A DNA stretch of 64,000 nt, from the NCBI GenBank assembly GCA_004764695.1, contig SMSO01000031.1, forward strand, positions 5,624,761-5,688,760, written 5' to 3'. A model generated the notes under the pieces. That model was not told the DNA's origin and did not search any database. It saw only the letters and a program-made list of their open reading frames with translations. A program made the translations under genes and the position numbers. Below, piece by piece: positions 35,430 through 47,688 of this stretch. The stretch is from Schizochytrium sp. TIO01. Lineage: Eukaryota > Protista > Bigyra: Labyrinthulomycetes. Position 1 is the first letter of the stretch. Each line of letters opens with the position of its first letter.

Positions 35430-36216
35430 ACACTGCTAGTCAAGATGGGCAAGGTATTGTTGAGTTCGAAAGAACTAGTTTGCCGTTGTTGGTTTGCTTG
35501 GCTTGGTTGCTTGGCCAGGCGCGTCCGACTTTAGGCAAGGAACTCAACTATGTTAGATAATGGTCGTTAGTTTTGCTGACAAATAATAAATAATAATAAT
35601 AATAAATTTTTCGTAGTTAGGCAAATGTGACCAAAGAGTCAAACCAGTCAAACTTCGGGCTGAGGTTGCGCTTGCAAGCAGACGAGCAGAGTAACCCGAT
35701 GCAGTAGCATTGCCGATTTCTAAATCAAATACTGCTTGCTGGAGGCTTGTACATTTGAGCCTAAGCTAAGAGATTTTTGCATCCCTCGTTCCTTCATTTA
35801 GACTTAAATTTACTTTTGGTCAAGCTTTTGGTTTTAAAATGAACTGTTTTACCTTAATCGTTAAGGAACAGAACCAACGCTATAGGCTTGGGGTGAAGAA
35901 GAAGAATAAATTTAGATAGGTTGATGCATCTTTCTGTCTCAATTCATTAAGAGCAAACGGGAGAGAGAAGAGCGCAAGTTTAGTGAACTATTACAATTGT
36001 GGAGCAACAGAAGAAATGTTGTAAAGGTCAACTCTTTACAGAAACTATGGTGAAGGATGAAAATAAAAGAAAAACACAGCGGTAAGTTGTTATAAAGTAG
36101 TATTATTCAAACTACGAAGAAAACAAACAAACAAACAAACAAAATTAACACTATCTATAGTGTTGTCTGATCCTCGACTGAAATAGTTGCTTCGCCAAAG
36201 GAGAACAGATTCCATT

Positions 36217-39090
36217 TTATACTTGCACGTTGATATCATTCACGTTGACACTGTTTCCTGGACGGCAAAGCAGCTTTTTGAGGGTAGACCCAGTGCTCGA
36301 GACAGAAGCGTCAGACTTTGAATGGGTTCTAGGCCACGAACTCGAGCCCTTCGCATTTTTTCCACTTGGGCGACGACGGGACCCATGACCGGCTGAAAAA
36401 TGCTTCCGCACGACATCAAAACGTCCAGATCCACGCTGACGAATTTGTGCCTTGTGATGCGTTTTACCAAAGCCATAGGTGATCATAAACTCGCGAAACT
36501 CGGGTGTCGCCGCAGCAGCGATAGCACTTCCGTCAATGTCGTTCGCACCAAACTGTAGAAGGAACTTTGCAGATTCTATGTCACCTAGTTTCGACGCGAT
36601 TTGCAAAGGGGTCTCTTTGGATTTGTTGAAGGCATCAGGCTCATCTCCACGTTGGAGTAGTGCAAGGACTGCAGCGGGGTCTTTTGCTCGGCAAGCCTCC
36701 CAAAGGTCACCAACATCGATATCGTTATTAGTGCGGGCCTCGATAGGTGCAAGCAAAGGGCTGTCAGGGTCAACTAATTGGATGTCGTTAAGTTCAGTCT
36801 CTTTCTGGATCGTGCCCTTGCTAAAACGCACGGTGAAGAGCTTATCGCCATCATACTGCTTGATTGTGGCCGGGTAGAATTCTTCGTTGTCATGATAGAG
36901 AGCGCGGCATGGTCTACCTGCCCAGGCAAAATAATCTTCAAAATCTTCTGAGGGATCACGCTCCTCCCACTCGAACTGGAATTCGTCTTCGTCCACTTCT
37001 GATGCCGAGGCTTCGCCTTCACTTTCGGCATCCTTACCAGCATCGGAGGTTTCACTATTTTCACTATCCTCCTTATCGTCTTCGTCCTTTTCACTGCATC
37101 TGCTTCGGCGGCTCATGCGTCGGCTCACACTAGATACAAATGAACTACGACCAGACGAGACTGCTGAAGAACGACTCGAATTAGTCGCTGATGGGTGTGC
37201 CTTGCCCTCGTCGGCGGCTGCTACCTCGTTTTCACCTTCATCAGCTCGAGAGCTCTTGGATGCCACGCTCTTGCGCATAGATGACTTGCGTTTAGAGAAA
37301 CGACTTGAAGTGGACTTGCGGGACGAGGAGCTACTACCGTAAGCGTAGACTTCGTCATCATCGTCTTCCTCCTCCTCCTCCTCCTCTTCATGTTGTTTCT
37401 TAGACGAAGCGGATCTCTTTGAGAGGCGGTTTTCAGCTGCATAATAGGGGTTCACAGCACCACCATCGGAGTCCTCTTCTTCCTCCTCCTCGAGTGCCTC
37501 AAGCAGTTGGGGGGAAATCACAAGAGTTGCACTCGATGCATGTTTCATGGATTCGCGGCTAGATTTAGAGTGACGAGAGCGCGAGCTACTACGTTTAGAC
37601 ACGCGTTTATCCTCTTGTTCGGGCTCTTCCACTTCTTCCTCTTCGCCATCGTCCTTGTTCTCGTCCATCTTAAAATGTACGTGTGAGACTCTCTTGGAGG
37701 ATGGACGAGTTGCTCTGGAGCGCCGGGAAGTTCTGCGCAGCAATGATTGTTTCACCATAGGCTCTGTGGCAGCTTCCTCTGACTTCTCTACAGGGGTATC
37801 TACATTGAACTTCTTCGTTTTCGACAAAGATGTGAAGCTTTTTGTGCGCGGGCTTGACTTTGATTTTCCGGATCCAAAGCTGCTAAAGCTGTTCTTGGAG
37901 CTCGTACTTGAGCGCCGCGATTCAGAGTCTAGTACATCATCATCGTCCTCCTGATCAATATTCCATCGGACGGTAGAGAGGCGATGAGAAGGCTTGCTCA
38001 AGCTAGAATATACAGAAGCAGCGTCGTCATCATCATCATCATCCTCGATGTTGTCTTCATTCTCACGAACTACTGAAAGACGTTTCGACGAAACACGCCT
38101 TGAGCGACGAGAACTACTGCGACTTCTCGATTTGCTACGGTGACTGCTGCACCTTTTCGATGCCTCTGCTTCTTCTTCTTCTTCTTCAGCCTCCGCAATG
38201 GCAGTAGGCATATCTCCAACATATGATACACGAGAGCTACGACGCGAGGAATTGGCCACAGGTTGCTTGAGGATTGAGTGTCTTACACTACTCTCTCGCC
38301 TAGACTGTCTAGTGGGATTCGAGATGTGCTTTGTTAGATCTTCCTCCTCCTCCTCTTCTTCAATAACTTCATCTTGCTCTTGTTCATGAGCTTCTTCGAG
38401 TACCTCTGCCACTTCATCCGTTTTTGGTGCTTTCATAGAGCGACGTACAGAAACTCGAGACACCACACTAGCTACACCGGACTTAACACGCTTTAGAAGA
38501 TCTTGATCCCCTTGCTCCATGGGTTCGTTAAGGTCTTCCTCGGAGTCGTTTGTATCGTTATCCTCTTCGCTCTCGCTCAGTGATAGAGATTTACTGTGTC
38601 TGGTGCTTGTTTGGCGCGCACTCTTGCGCACCGATCGGCTGGATTTTCTAGGCTCCTCAGCTACGTCTTCTTCAGAATCGTCGGTGGAAGAGAGCTCCTG
38701 CACGACACGTTCGACGCTAGGCAAGAATGAAGATCCCTGGCTTTCATTTTCATCGTTTTCATAGGTCATACCCTCATCATCCGAAAATTGATACGCTTTG
38801 TTCTTGCGAGCTGCCATGGAGAGCCTTTTTGCAACGCTCATGCGTTGTTTTCTTGGTTTTTTCTTCGAAAGCTCGGACTTGAAGTTTGCATCGCCAGGAT
38901 GCCTTGCCTTGGGATACTTGCACACAGCGCAAATTCCCTGATATCCAAAAACCTCATCGAACTGAAAGCCAGGGCATTCTGCCGCATTCAAATATTTCTT
39001 CATAGTGGGCCTTTTTTCTGTGGCTGCGGCTCCAAAGTATTGATTTGGCACCAAGTTGCGCTCCAGCTGTACCTTAAATCTTTGCGTCAT
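36217..39090 (-). CDS. 957-aa protein: N-terminal CxxF..CxxC..H zinc-like motif, long Ser/Arg/acidic disordered region, Tudor-like domain, ankyrin repeats
   Basis: CPGFQFDEVFGYQGICAVCKYPKARH; Tudor-like GRPCRALYHDNEEFYPATIKQYDGDKLFTVRF; ankyrin ETPLQIASKLGDIESAKFLLQFGAN. Alternative start at 39003. Confidence 0.88.
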   Translation of the reverse strand: MTQRFKVQLERNLVPNQYFGAAATEKRPTMKKYLNAAECPGFQFDEVFGYQGICAVCKYPKARHPGDANFKSELSKKKPRKQRMSVAKRLSMAARKNKAYQFSDDEGMTYENDENESQGSSFLPSVERVVQELSSTDDSEEDVAEEPRKSSRSVRKSARQTSTRHSKSLSLSESEEDNDTNDSEEDLNEPMEQGDQDLLKRVKSGVASVVSRVSVRRSMKAPKTDEVAEVLEEAHEQEQDEVIEEEEEEEDLTKHISNPTRQSRRESSVRHSILKQPVANSSRRSSRVSYVGDMPTAIAEAEEEEEEAEASKRCSSHRSKSRSRSSSRRSRRVSSKRLSVVRENEDNIEDDDDDDDAASVYSSLSKPSHRLSTVRWNIDQEDDDDVLDSESRRSSTSSKNSFSSFGSGKSKSSPRTKSFTSLSKTKKFNVDTPVEKSEEAATEPMVKQSLLRRTSRRSRATRPSSKRVSHVHFKMDENKDDGEEEEVEEPEQEDKRVSKRSSSRSRHSKSSRESMKHASSATLVISPQLLEALEEEEEEDSDGGAVNPYYAAENRLSKRSASSKKQHEEEEEEEEDDDDEVYAYGSSSSSRKSTSSRFSKRKSSMRKSVASKSSRADEGENEVAAADEGKAHPSATNSSRSSAVSSGRSSFVSSVSRRMSRRSRCSEKDEDDKEDSENSETSDAGKDAESEGEASASEVDEDEFQFEWEERDPSEDFEDYFAWAGRPCRALYHDNEEFYPATIKQYDGDKLFTVRFSKGTIQKETELNDIQLVDPDSPLLAPIEARTNNDIDVGDLWEACRAKDPAAVLALLQRGDEPDAFNKSKETPLQIASKLGDIESAKFLLQFGANDIDGSAIAAAATPEFREFMITYGFGKTHHKAQIRQRGSGRFDVVRKHFSAGHGSRRRPSGKNAKGSSSWPRTHSKSDASVSSTGSTLKKLLCRPGNSVNVNDINVQV

Positions 39091-42000
39091 TTCCCACGAA
39101 TCCCGTCCTGCACAAAAGCGCAGGACGTCTCAGAAACCTCCAGCACAGCTACAATACCTTCTAACGATTTAAAATAAAGAATCCACGAGCCTAGTCTAGA
39201 TGCTTAACCAAACGCCTTGGCTGCTGATCTCCAATCTCCACTCAGACGTGGCTATCAATCAACTTCGACGAGAACTATTTCGATATGGAAAAGGATAAAT
39301 ACTGCTATAAATATATAGCAATATGAAGTCCTTATAAATAAGCGCACGCGCCGCGTTCCTTCCAGAGGACCACGCCGTGCCTTACTCACGCGCTCGCTCG
39401 CGGCGTCTACCGAAGCGTCCTGGCGCCTCAGGCCTCTCGCTGTGCCACTTCCTGGGGGTGCTGCGCTGCCGTGAGCGAGGGGCCGGCCAGCGGAGCGAGA
39501 GAGCTGTGCTTGTGTATATATGTATGCTAGATGGATGGACTCTGGCAATGCCGATCGAGCGGGACTCCGGATCCCAGCGCCAGCGACTTCTCAATCTATG
39601 CTTTGAAGCCCGGGCTTCTTTCTGCCTTTCAATGGTGAGTCGCTTTCGTGCCTCCGTGCGCTGCGGCGGCGGAGGTCGAAGGCGCGCTTCAGCTTTGGTG
39701 AAGTACCCGCCCTCGCGCGCGCACGCAGAGACGGAGAGACTTTTAGTTTGAGGTATTTATCTCCAAATTTCTGCAAAGTGGAAAAAGGAATTATAGAGAG
39801 TCAATAATTTCCGATGAAAATAATTTTTAGTTTTCTTTTCTTTCTTACTTTCTGCTAATGATATTAGGTCCTCTACATCACTGTTGTTACGTTTTATAGT
39901 GCCGTCAAAGAATGATCATGTTTATGCTCCCAGAAACCAATGCGATGAATCTATGTGTGCAGTGTTGTAGTGGTGCCTAGGCCTGAGCTACTTTCCTCAA
40001 CTCCAATTGCTCGTGTGCTTACTCTACTTCACAACTTTGAAGGTTAGGTATGCACCTGCCTACGATACGGTTTGTTGATTTTTAAAAAAAATATTTTAAT
40101 TTTTTTAATTTTGAAGTCGTGAATGTAGTCTCAAAAAACTTGACCAGAAACAAATGTAGTATGTGAAATACCTGCAAACTTTGGAGCTCGCACGCTGCTG
40201 AGGTGAGCGAGTACGCCAAGGTGTAGCTTATTGAGGCGTCGAACTTCAATTTGGTGGAGGGCCACACGCAGGGATCGCGAAAGAAAGCAAAACATCTCTA
40301 CTTATTTTAAAGTTAAAAGAATACTTTCAGTAGAACGAGTGCTATAGTTGGTAATAGTTGATGCTACCCCCACCTCCACATGGAAAAAAGGATTGCTCTT
40401 TCACTCGCTCCACACGACGAACTCAACATCAGTTTGACAACAGACACCGCGTATTATCCCACCCTTTCCTCTTTCTTCAAAGACAGCACGTGCGCATAAT
40501 TAATACCTTGTCTGTTAAGCTTATGCCACTTCTTCAAATCAAGTGGTGTGTGTAAACCAATTCACAAAACCACGCGATATCTTCATGTTTATTCCCTTTC
40601 AATGAGAGTAGTCTTGTGGGAGAAGCATCAACATTTGTATATGATAGATCTATTTTGTTTGTTTTCTTCTTTCTGTTGAAGGTACTAGAGAACATGAAGC
40701 CGAAGCGCAGGTGCAAAAGAGGGCAGAAGCTTCATGCTATTTGGCTGTTACCTACGCATATTCTGGATCGAGGAAAGCCGAGTGGCGACATGAGTGGCAA
40801 AATACATCGAACGAGTGCGAGATGAGCCGCTCGCTAAAGGGCGACTACTCCATCTCATTCTGGACGAGGGGCATTACTTTGCAACTTGTTGAATTGAATG
40901 TGAAAGTTTGTAAAGGCCAGCTTTTTTAGTTCTTCATAAGATTATTACCTTTTTTTCTTCTTTCTTTTCTTTTAATATAAAACTTTTTGTTACAAGCTCG
41001 TCCAGGTGTGTGTGAGGGAGGGAATCGAGTGTGCATTTGAGAGGGGGATTGGAAGCCTTAAGAGGGGGGAGCTGCGGAGATACATTGTGAGGGAAGCGTC
41101 CGGAATACTAGAGCAAAGTTTCAAGAACCACTGGAGATGTGGGTGAGGAGAGGCTGCACGTGATGTTGCCAAACACTGCTTTTTCAGCCTGGTCCCTCCT
41201 CCTGCGCGTGCACGTCCACTGTCTCACTAAGACTGGACATTTATGAAGCTATTCATGTGAGGTAAACTCCCGCAGATATATAATCTTTCCTCTTTATAGT
41301 TCCTAGTGGGCCCCTCTGAAGTGGCACCCAAATCCGCACATTCTCTATTTTGACGAAAGAACACAGGGGAGGCGCCGAATGCTGTGGCATTCGCATTTAT
41401 CTCGCACGAGCTGCCGTGCAGTGTCAGCAGGTCATGCATGCATGCATGGATAGCTCATCATGGCCATGCTTTCATGAACTCGAAAAGTCTGGCATCCGGA
41501 AATTTCTCTCTCAAAACCACGCCAAAGTACACGAAATTACAGGCATTTCACTTTGACAAATTGGCCTTAAAATTGTCTGTGCACACCTCGACGCTCGCAA
41601 AGACAGACTCGCGACGTTAGTGTTCTCCTTCTACTTGAGTGCTATAGTTTAAGCTAACTGTCATCATAAATCCTGTTCCACTCACACACTTCTATAGAGA
41701 TGAGGTGCTAGTGTGGAAGAACGCGTTCCGTTCTTAATTGAGCGAAGGTGTTCTTCTGCCAAGGACTCAGCGACGGTTAAGGGACCAAGGAGAGAAACGA
41801 TGGGCTGGATAGCTCCTCGTCGGGTCTAGGAATCTTGAAACGCTGTGAAAGAGGATTTGGTGGTGATGGCTGCCAGGGGTTTAATTGTTCGATAACCCAG
41901 ATATGATACCTCCTGATGCGCGAAGCTGAAAGAATATTTTTTTTGTCGTGTTGAAATACTTCAGGAGGTGATCTATGGTCAGATGAAATTGCACGCGCGA

Positions 42001-43445
42001 TGCTTTAAGCTCCAGACGAAAGTAAGGACTTTATAGCTACTGCAACTGACCTAAGGGTGAAAGGCGTATGTGAAGAGACGAGATCCGGGCCTTTTTAAGT
42101 ATTTCGAGGAGTAGTGCACCCATTTGTCAAAAGAGTGATGATGCAGTATAGCACAGTAGCATTGAACCACGTGGAAAAGCACTCGCTGTCCAGGCTTTGA
42201 ATTAGCAAAATTCGATGAACGTCCCCTTCTTGAACTATGAAGATATTGGGCCTAATTAAAATGCTCCACTTTTCTTATCTATTGCTACTACTTGGTGCAC
42301 CTTGGTGGAAAGGTCATGAAATTTAGTAATAGGCCAACATCAATGAATGCAAAGAAGATCTAAAAATACAGCACGGGTGTATTTAATTTTTGGCGAAGAT
42401 TTCTAGATTCAATTTTGCAAGAGTTTAAGCGAACGGTATCAGCAATAGTACATGTTATGGTTTTGGTTTTTACTAATATACCTAATATAATTTGGTGAAA
42501 CAGACATATAACTAGGAGGACAGCCATTGAGTATAAGCGAATAATCTAAAACACATCCAGAGTATACCTGTTTTTGGCAAAGATTTTTTCGGTGCTTTGG
42601 CTATGCAATTGTAAAGTGAAGAGGGGATACTTCCGTGATACCCAATACAGAGACAAGATACATTAAATGTCATATCCGGTCACATATACACTCTGATTGA
42701 TCCAACAAATTTTCTAGACTCAGGGGATTTCACTTATTAAGTATCATCAACGCGTTCGAAATACAGGTATGGTCATCTGATCTTGAGCAATCCCGTAGCT
42801 ATAGAATAGAAAAAGAGGAACCCGTTGACTTCATCTAAAATGTACGTATCATACAGAGCAAACAACACTGGTGATTCCTTTGTAAAACAAAGAATTGTTG
42901 GTCTGAGACGTTTGTACGCAATTCGTTCGCCACCGTTCACTTACAATGTGTCTAGTAGGTGGGTCGCTTGCAATTTTCATAGCGAAGCGCTTTTGTTGCA
43001 TTAGTTCCACACATTCTTTGCAATAGATCAATATTTATATGTTCCAGTAGTTCTAAGTGATCCATAAGTTCCTCTCCTTCACTCCTTCGGAAAAGGCTGC
43101 TGCGGCAGAGATCCTCTCGCGCAAAGTCCACCTGCCGATCTTGCAAAGCATCCAAGGTGCGTGCCTCGAAAGCCCCCCTCGGACACGCGGAGATTATCCT
43201 ACACTGACACCAGTCAGTTGTGGCAGCAACGCATCCTAAGTTTGGTGACTGAGTTGACACTCATTGGCCAACCTAGAGCGAAAGCAAAACCGTGGTGCTC
43301 TTGAACCCTGAAAACACAACTATACGCCGCATAAACTGCGAGTGTCTACGTCAAAAAGACTTCAACCTTACTGAAGGACGTCGCCTGGCAGGTTTTGAAC
43401 TGATCTAAGTGCAGGTTGTGAAGTTTGGACACATTCGCAGGCACC

Positions 43446-44255
43446 ATGAGCTCGGAAAAGTCCAGGGCGACGGCTTTTCTGGAGAAAATTGGCCTCAAGG
43501 AGCGCGATCCTCGTGAACTAGTAAAGGAATGGACCCGTGAATTGCGTCGGGAGCAACGCATGATGGACCGTGAGCTGCGGCAGATTGAGCGTGAAGAGCT
43601 CAAGATGCAACGCGACATCAAGATGCTTGCAAAGAAGGGTGAAATGAATGCCATTCGTCCTCTTGCACGGTCTATTGCTGAGGCCAAAAAGACCAAGACA
43701 AGGATAAATGTAAGTAAGGCGCACATGAACTCCATCACACTTCAACTGCGGCACCAGGCTGCCCAACTGCGTATGGCCCAGGTATTGCAGAGTTCGACTA
43801 AGGTGATGAGCTCCATGAATGCCCTTATGAAGATCCCGCAGATTAGCAAGAACATGCACGAGATGGCCATGGAAATGGAACGCGCGGGACTTATTGAGGA
43901 GATCATGGATGATGCCATGGACTCCGCTTTCGATACCGAAGGAATGGATGATGAAGTTGATAAGGAAGTTGACAACATCATTAGTGAGCTTACCGCCGGA
44001 ATTCTCGACAAGGCACCCGCTGTACCCCAAAAGGCAGCAACCTCCAGTTTGGCTGAGCAGGGAAAGCAGCTTTACTTGCGGAGTCTTAGCAGCAACAATT
44101 TGGAGGAGACCCATCAGCAGCCTGTGCTATTAGGCATGGACGATATCCCCGTGGCACCAACCACCAAACCAGTTTTAGCCTCCACCTCTGCATCTGCTGA
44201 AGATGGATCGATCTCGGACCTTGATCGTCGCCTTGCTGCACTTCGTGCCGGCTAA
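43446..44255 (+). CDS. VPS24: ESCRT-III subunit VPS24/CHMP3 (Snf7 family)
   Basis: DPRELVKEW..LRRE.R..DR, SKAHMNS, LQSSTKVM..MN.L.KIP, EMERAGLIEEIMDD, and C-terminal MIM1-like DLDRRLAALR. First ATG at 43446. Confidence 0.93.
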   Translation: MSSEKSRATAFLEKIGLKERDPRELVKEWTRELRREQRMMDRELRQIEREELKMQRDIKMLAKKGEMNAIRPLARSIAEAKKTKTRINVSKAHMNSITLQLRHQAAQLRMAQVLQSSTKVMSSMNALMKIPQISKNMHEMAMEMERAGLIEEIMDDAMDSAFDTEGMDDEVDKEVDNIISELTAGILDKAPAVPQKAATSSLAEQGKQLYLRSLSSNNLEETHQQPVLLGMDDIPVAPTTKPVLASTSASAEDGSISDLDRRLAALRAG

Positions 44256-44952
44256 ATCACTTTTCATTGCTACATCAAGTGAGCACAATAGCTATCAAGT
44301 TGTCCTTTTTCCCAGCGTACTTCTGTCCTTTTTCAACCTACAACGCAAGTATAGCAATCGTCAATTGTCACAAGTCTTTTGCTTTTCTTCTGGTAAATAC
44401 GGTAAAGAAGTAGCCCCTAAGTACCAAACTTTGTACAGACAGACCTGAAAATTTTCTCTTTCTTTTGTATCTCGAAATCGTTTCCTTGAATTACTTGCAG
44501 CTTTGCTAGTTTACATTTCAGCTCTGTGCTATTTACAAGATTCATTGTATCTTCACAGAGCAAAGATGAAAAATGACCAACCCCAAGACTACCAAGCAAA
44601 GTGGCTGGGCTACAATAGCGAATCAATTTATGGGGGGATGATAAACATTTTTTGCAACATCAAAAGTGAAAAGACTTTTTTTAATTGAGCAGAACATATG
44701 ACTAACTCCCTACCGACCTATGTACACCACAGAACGAATAAGAAGAATGGTGTTAATTGATGATGTTTCCTTTGGAACCAGACCGGAATAAACCACATTA
44801 TAGAACTAAAGAGATGTGAAATAAGGTGCCATGGTTTACACAGGTAGGGGGTGGAATTGGTTGGCAGATCACCCTGAGGCCATTTTCACTATGTAACAAA
44901 GCATTAAAAAAAATGGCTATCTCTAAGCGACTTCTGTTTTATTTCCTAAAGC

Positions 44953-46617
44953 CTAACCAAGCGGGTCGTGTACCCACTCCCATGCTTCCTTGTATTCGCG
45001 GCCCCAGTACGGATGACCACCACCGTAGGCACCCTTTAGGTGATTCCACTCTGGACCCTTGAAGTAGTCAAAATAGTCATTAGGATATTTGGACTGTGCT
45101 TCTAGGATCACAGTCTGTCCTACATCAGCCATGTAACCACGCAAACGGTGAATATAGCCAGAGAATGTTGACTTGCGAGTGCCGACAAACACACGCGCTC
45201 GCGAGCAAACAATAGACTCAATGCAACCAAACCAAATACTTGGTACATTCGGGCCCAATAGATCGTCATAAAAGTCACTCAGGAACAGCACATTGTTTTC
45301 GCCCCAAGCATCCTTCATTGGCTGAAACCAGGTATGCTTAGCTACTGTCACCATGGCTTTAGGATCACTCCACTTCCGCTTGCGCTCTTTCTCGTCAGAA
45401 AGTTCATCAGTTGAAATATAGATCATCTCATTTGGTTTAAACAGGCGGCGTGTGTTCTCTACAATACCTTCTGCAGGGGTCCATGCCTCCTTGAATTGAA
45501 ATTCATTGCGGCGGATGTGCAAACAACTAAACTCAAAGTCTTCCAGCTTTGTAATGATACGTTCCGCGAGTTCGACAATATCCTCGCGAAAGTGTATATG
45601 GTCACGAATAATTCGCTTGACGCGGCGGCCCATTTGAGGGTCACGAAAGTACACCATCGTATAAAAATGGCCAAGAAGGTTCTCTGGGAAATGCACAATG
45701 CGGGCATTCTCAATCTCTGGTACAGCTACATCGTACTTATGAGGAAGCTTCGCGGAGAATTCATTAAACCAACGAAACTCTTGACGCTCCTCGTGGGTGA
45801 CAGAGCTCTTCGGGCAGTCTGGCACGCAGTAAACAATTTGACTACCAATCACATTGCTAGGCCACACATCTTTAGTGTTGTATACATCTGGCATTTGCGA
45901 AAGGCCGCTGTAGTACCGTTCAGCACCACCGTGGTGATTTGTCGCACCAGGGCGCTCACTCTGATAGCGCCCAAAGTCTACACGCTCAAAAAATTCATCA
46001 TAGGTAATCACAGGCAAGCCCCGGCGTAGATCCTCGTAGTCAAAATAACTCGTGAGAGAGCTCTGGCCCCGCAAGTACATGTTATAGCCTGGTGGCATGA
46101 CCAAAGTGCGATTGGTTGCAATTGCAAAAGCAGCGGCCATCTCCAGACTCATGCGAATGTTGTTGAAGCCTCCACGCCATGGGCTAAATGTGACATAGCG
46201 ATCTGTTGGAGGAATCGGATCTTTGGGCCAAGATTTCTTGCTCTCCAGCCAATACCGAGTGTGACGGCGATGAACAATCGCTCGAAGAAGGTCATCATCC
46301 TGTGCTGAAAGCTTGTCATGCAGGTAGGTCATGTTAAGCTCGCCCCTGCCACTGTTGTGCGCCTCCTTGAACGAAGTTTCCACCCCGGTTTCCACTAGTA
46401 GGTGATCAACCAGCGCATGCTCGCTTTGTGCAAGTCTTTGCTCGAGATGTTCGATGTGCCTTGAGTCGCTCGAGAACACAAACGACCCCATTGCCACGAG
46501 CCAAACCAACACGAGCGCCACCGATCCGGCAATACCCAGTTTCAGGGCCGTCGCAATGCGTTGCCTCCTGGCAGCATTTTTCTGAGCCGATTTCGACTTC
46601 TTTGACGTCGGTAGCAT
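44953..46617 (-). CDS. Type II membrane GDP-fucose O-fucosyltransferase-family protein (O-FucT, POFUT2-like)
   Basis: N-terminal TM anchor; GGFNNIRMSLE..AAFAIATNRTLVMP; CLHIRRNEF; IYISTDE; VCSRARVFVGT..STFSGYI.RLR. Confidence 0.9.
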   Translation of the reverse strand: MLPTSKKSKSAQKNAARRQRIATALKLGIAGSVALVLVWLVAMGSFVFSSDSRHIEHLEQRLAQSEHALVDHLLVETGVETSFKEAHNSGRGELNMTYLHDKLSAQDDDLLRAIVHRRHTRYWLESKKSWPKDPIPPTDRYVTFSPWRGGFNNIRMSLEMAAAFAIATNRTLVMPPGYNMYLRGQSSLTSYFDYEDLRRGLPVITYDEFFERVDFGRYQSERPGATNHHGGAERYYSGLSQMPDVYNTKDVWPSNVIGSQIVYCVPDCPKSSVTHEERQEFRWFNEFSAKLPHKYDVAVPEIENARIVHFPENLLGHFYTMVYFRDPQMGRRVKRIIRDHIHFREDIVELAERIITKLEDFEFSCLHIRRNEFQFKEAWTPAEGIVENTRRLFKPNEMIYISTDELSDEKERKRKWSDPKAMVTVAKHTWFQPMKDAWGENNVLFLSDFYDDLLGPNVPSIWFGCIESIVCSRARVFVGTRKSTFSGYIHRLRGYMADVGQTVILEAQSKYPNDYFDYFKGPEWNHLKGAYGGGHPYWGREYKEAWEWVHDPLG

Positions 46618-47688
46618 CTCGAAAACCTATTTCAGGTGCTCCTTAAGATCCACGCAGCACGTCTACGTTTGAAATACCTCTTTGAGGTTCTTGATGCGTC
46701 CCTTTGAGGTCGTTTCTCTGTCGGTCTCGAGACGACTATACTTTACGAGTCTCTTCGTCAGATAATGACCAACCGCCAGCTGGCCACGGGGCCGCCTCCG
46801 GCGCCGCAGGACCCAAGCCGGGCGCCGTTTGCGGAATTAGACACGCCTTGCACAAGCCTCCAGCTTGTCGGACCCCTCTACCAGGCGCCAAGGCGTCTGC
46901 GTCGCGAGCGGCCTCGAACCGATTGCAATGCCGAGTTTGGGAATTGATCTCATTCTATGACGACAAGTTTTTTACCACAATAGTTCATATTACAAAGAAG
47001 GTTTTCATCAAATAAACCTGTAAAAACTCTTCAATAGTTTTAGTAGAAGAAAAAGAATTGGAAACTAGGAAAGCATAGTAAACTCATAGCATACTTTTTC
47101 TTTTAAAATAATTTTTTATAAAAGTTAAAACTCTAAATACTGCTATAATCGAGATGCAAATGTTCTAAAAGCGAGGATCAAATTTCCTCGATTTGCCTCG
47201 CCCTGCATCAAGAAATGGCATGGTTGAGGGCTGAACGAAAAGTTATCCTTACTACACGCTTTTGCGGTTGGTGATTCCGATGCTGCAGCTGCTGTAAGTG
47301 AGGCTGCTGCTGCGTACTGTTAACTTATCTCGAGGTGCAGCTAACATTTTTTTGTGCGCTTAGAAATATAGTGAAAGACGCGCTTTATCTTCCACGCCAA
47401 CAGGGGCACGGATTCCTAAAGCAGCACCGCTGGCGCTCTCGAGAGCTTTCGAACGCAGCAAACTCGCAATAAAGCTTCTGCCTGAGCCGGCGTCGCTTGC
47501 TCTGACAGTATCTTGCACAGATCCGGGCCCACGCAGCGTCCCCCAGCGGCTTTAGTGAGCCTTACTGGCGGAGGCCGTGGAGATCGGCGGTCGTTGAGAG
47601 ATTGACTCACGGGTCTAACCATCACTCAGACTTGAAAGATCTTACTCGGACACTGCGAGGTTGGAGTTGTTGATCAGGGTCGTGGAAA

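Noticed and set aside
46734-46744. GACTATACTTT, resembling the U3 snoRNA 5' end
   Set aside because: Box A (GGAUCA) and the downstream boxes are absent.
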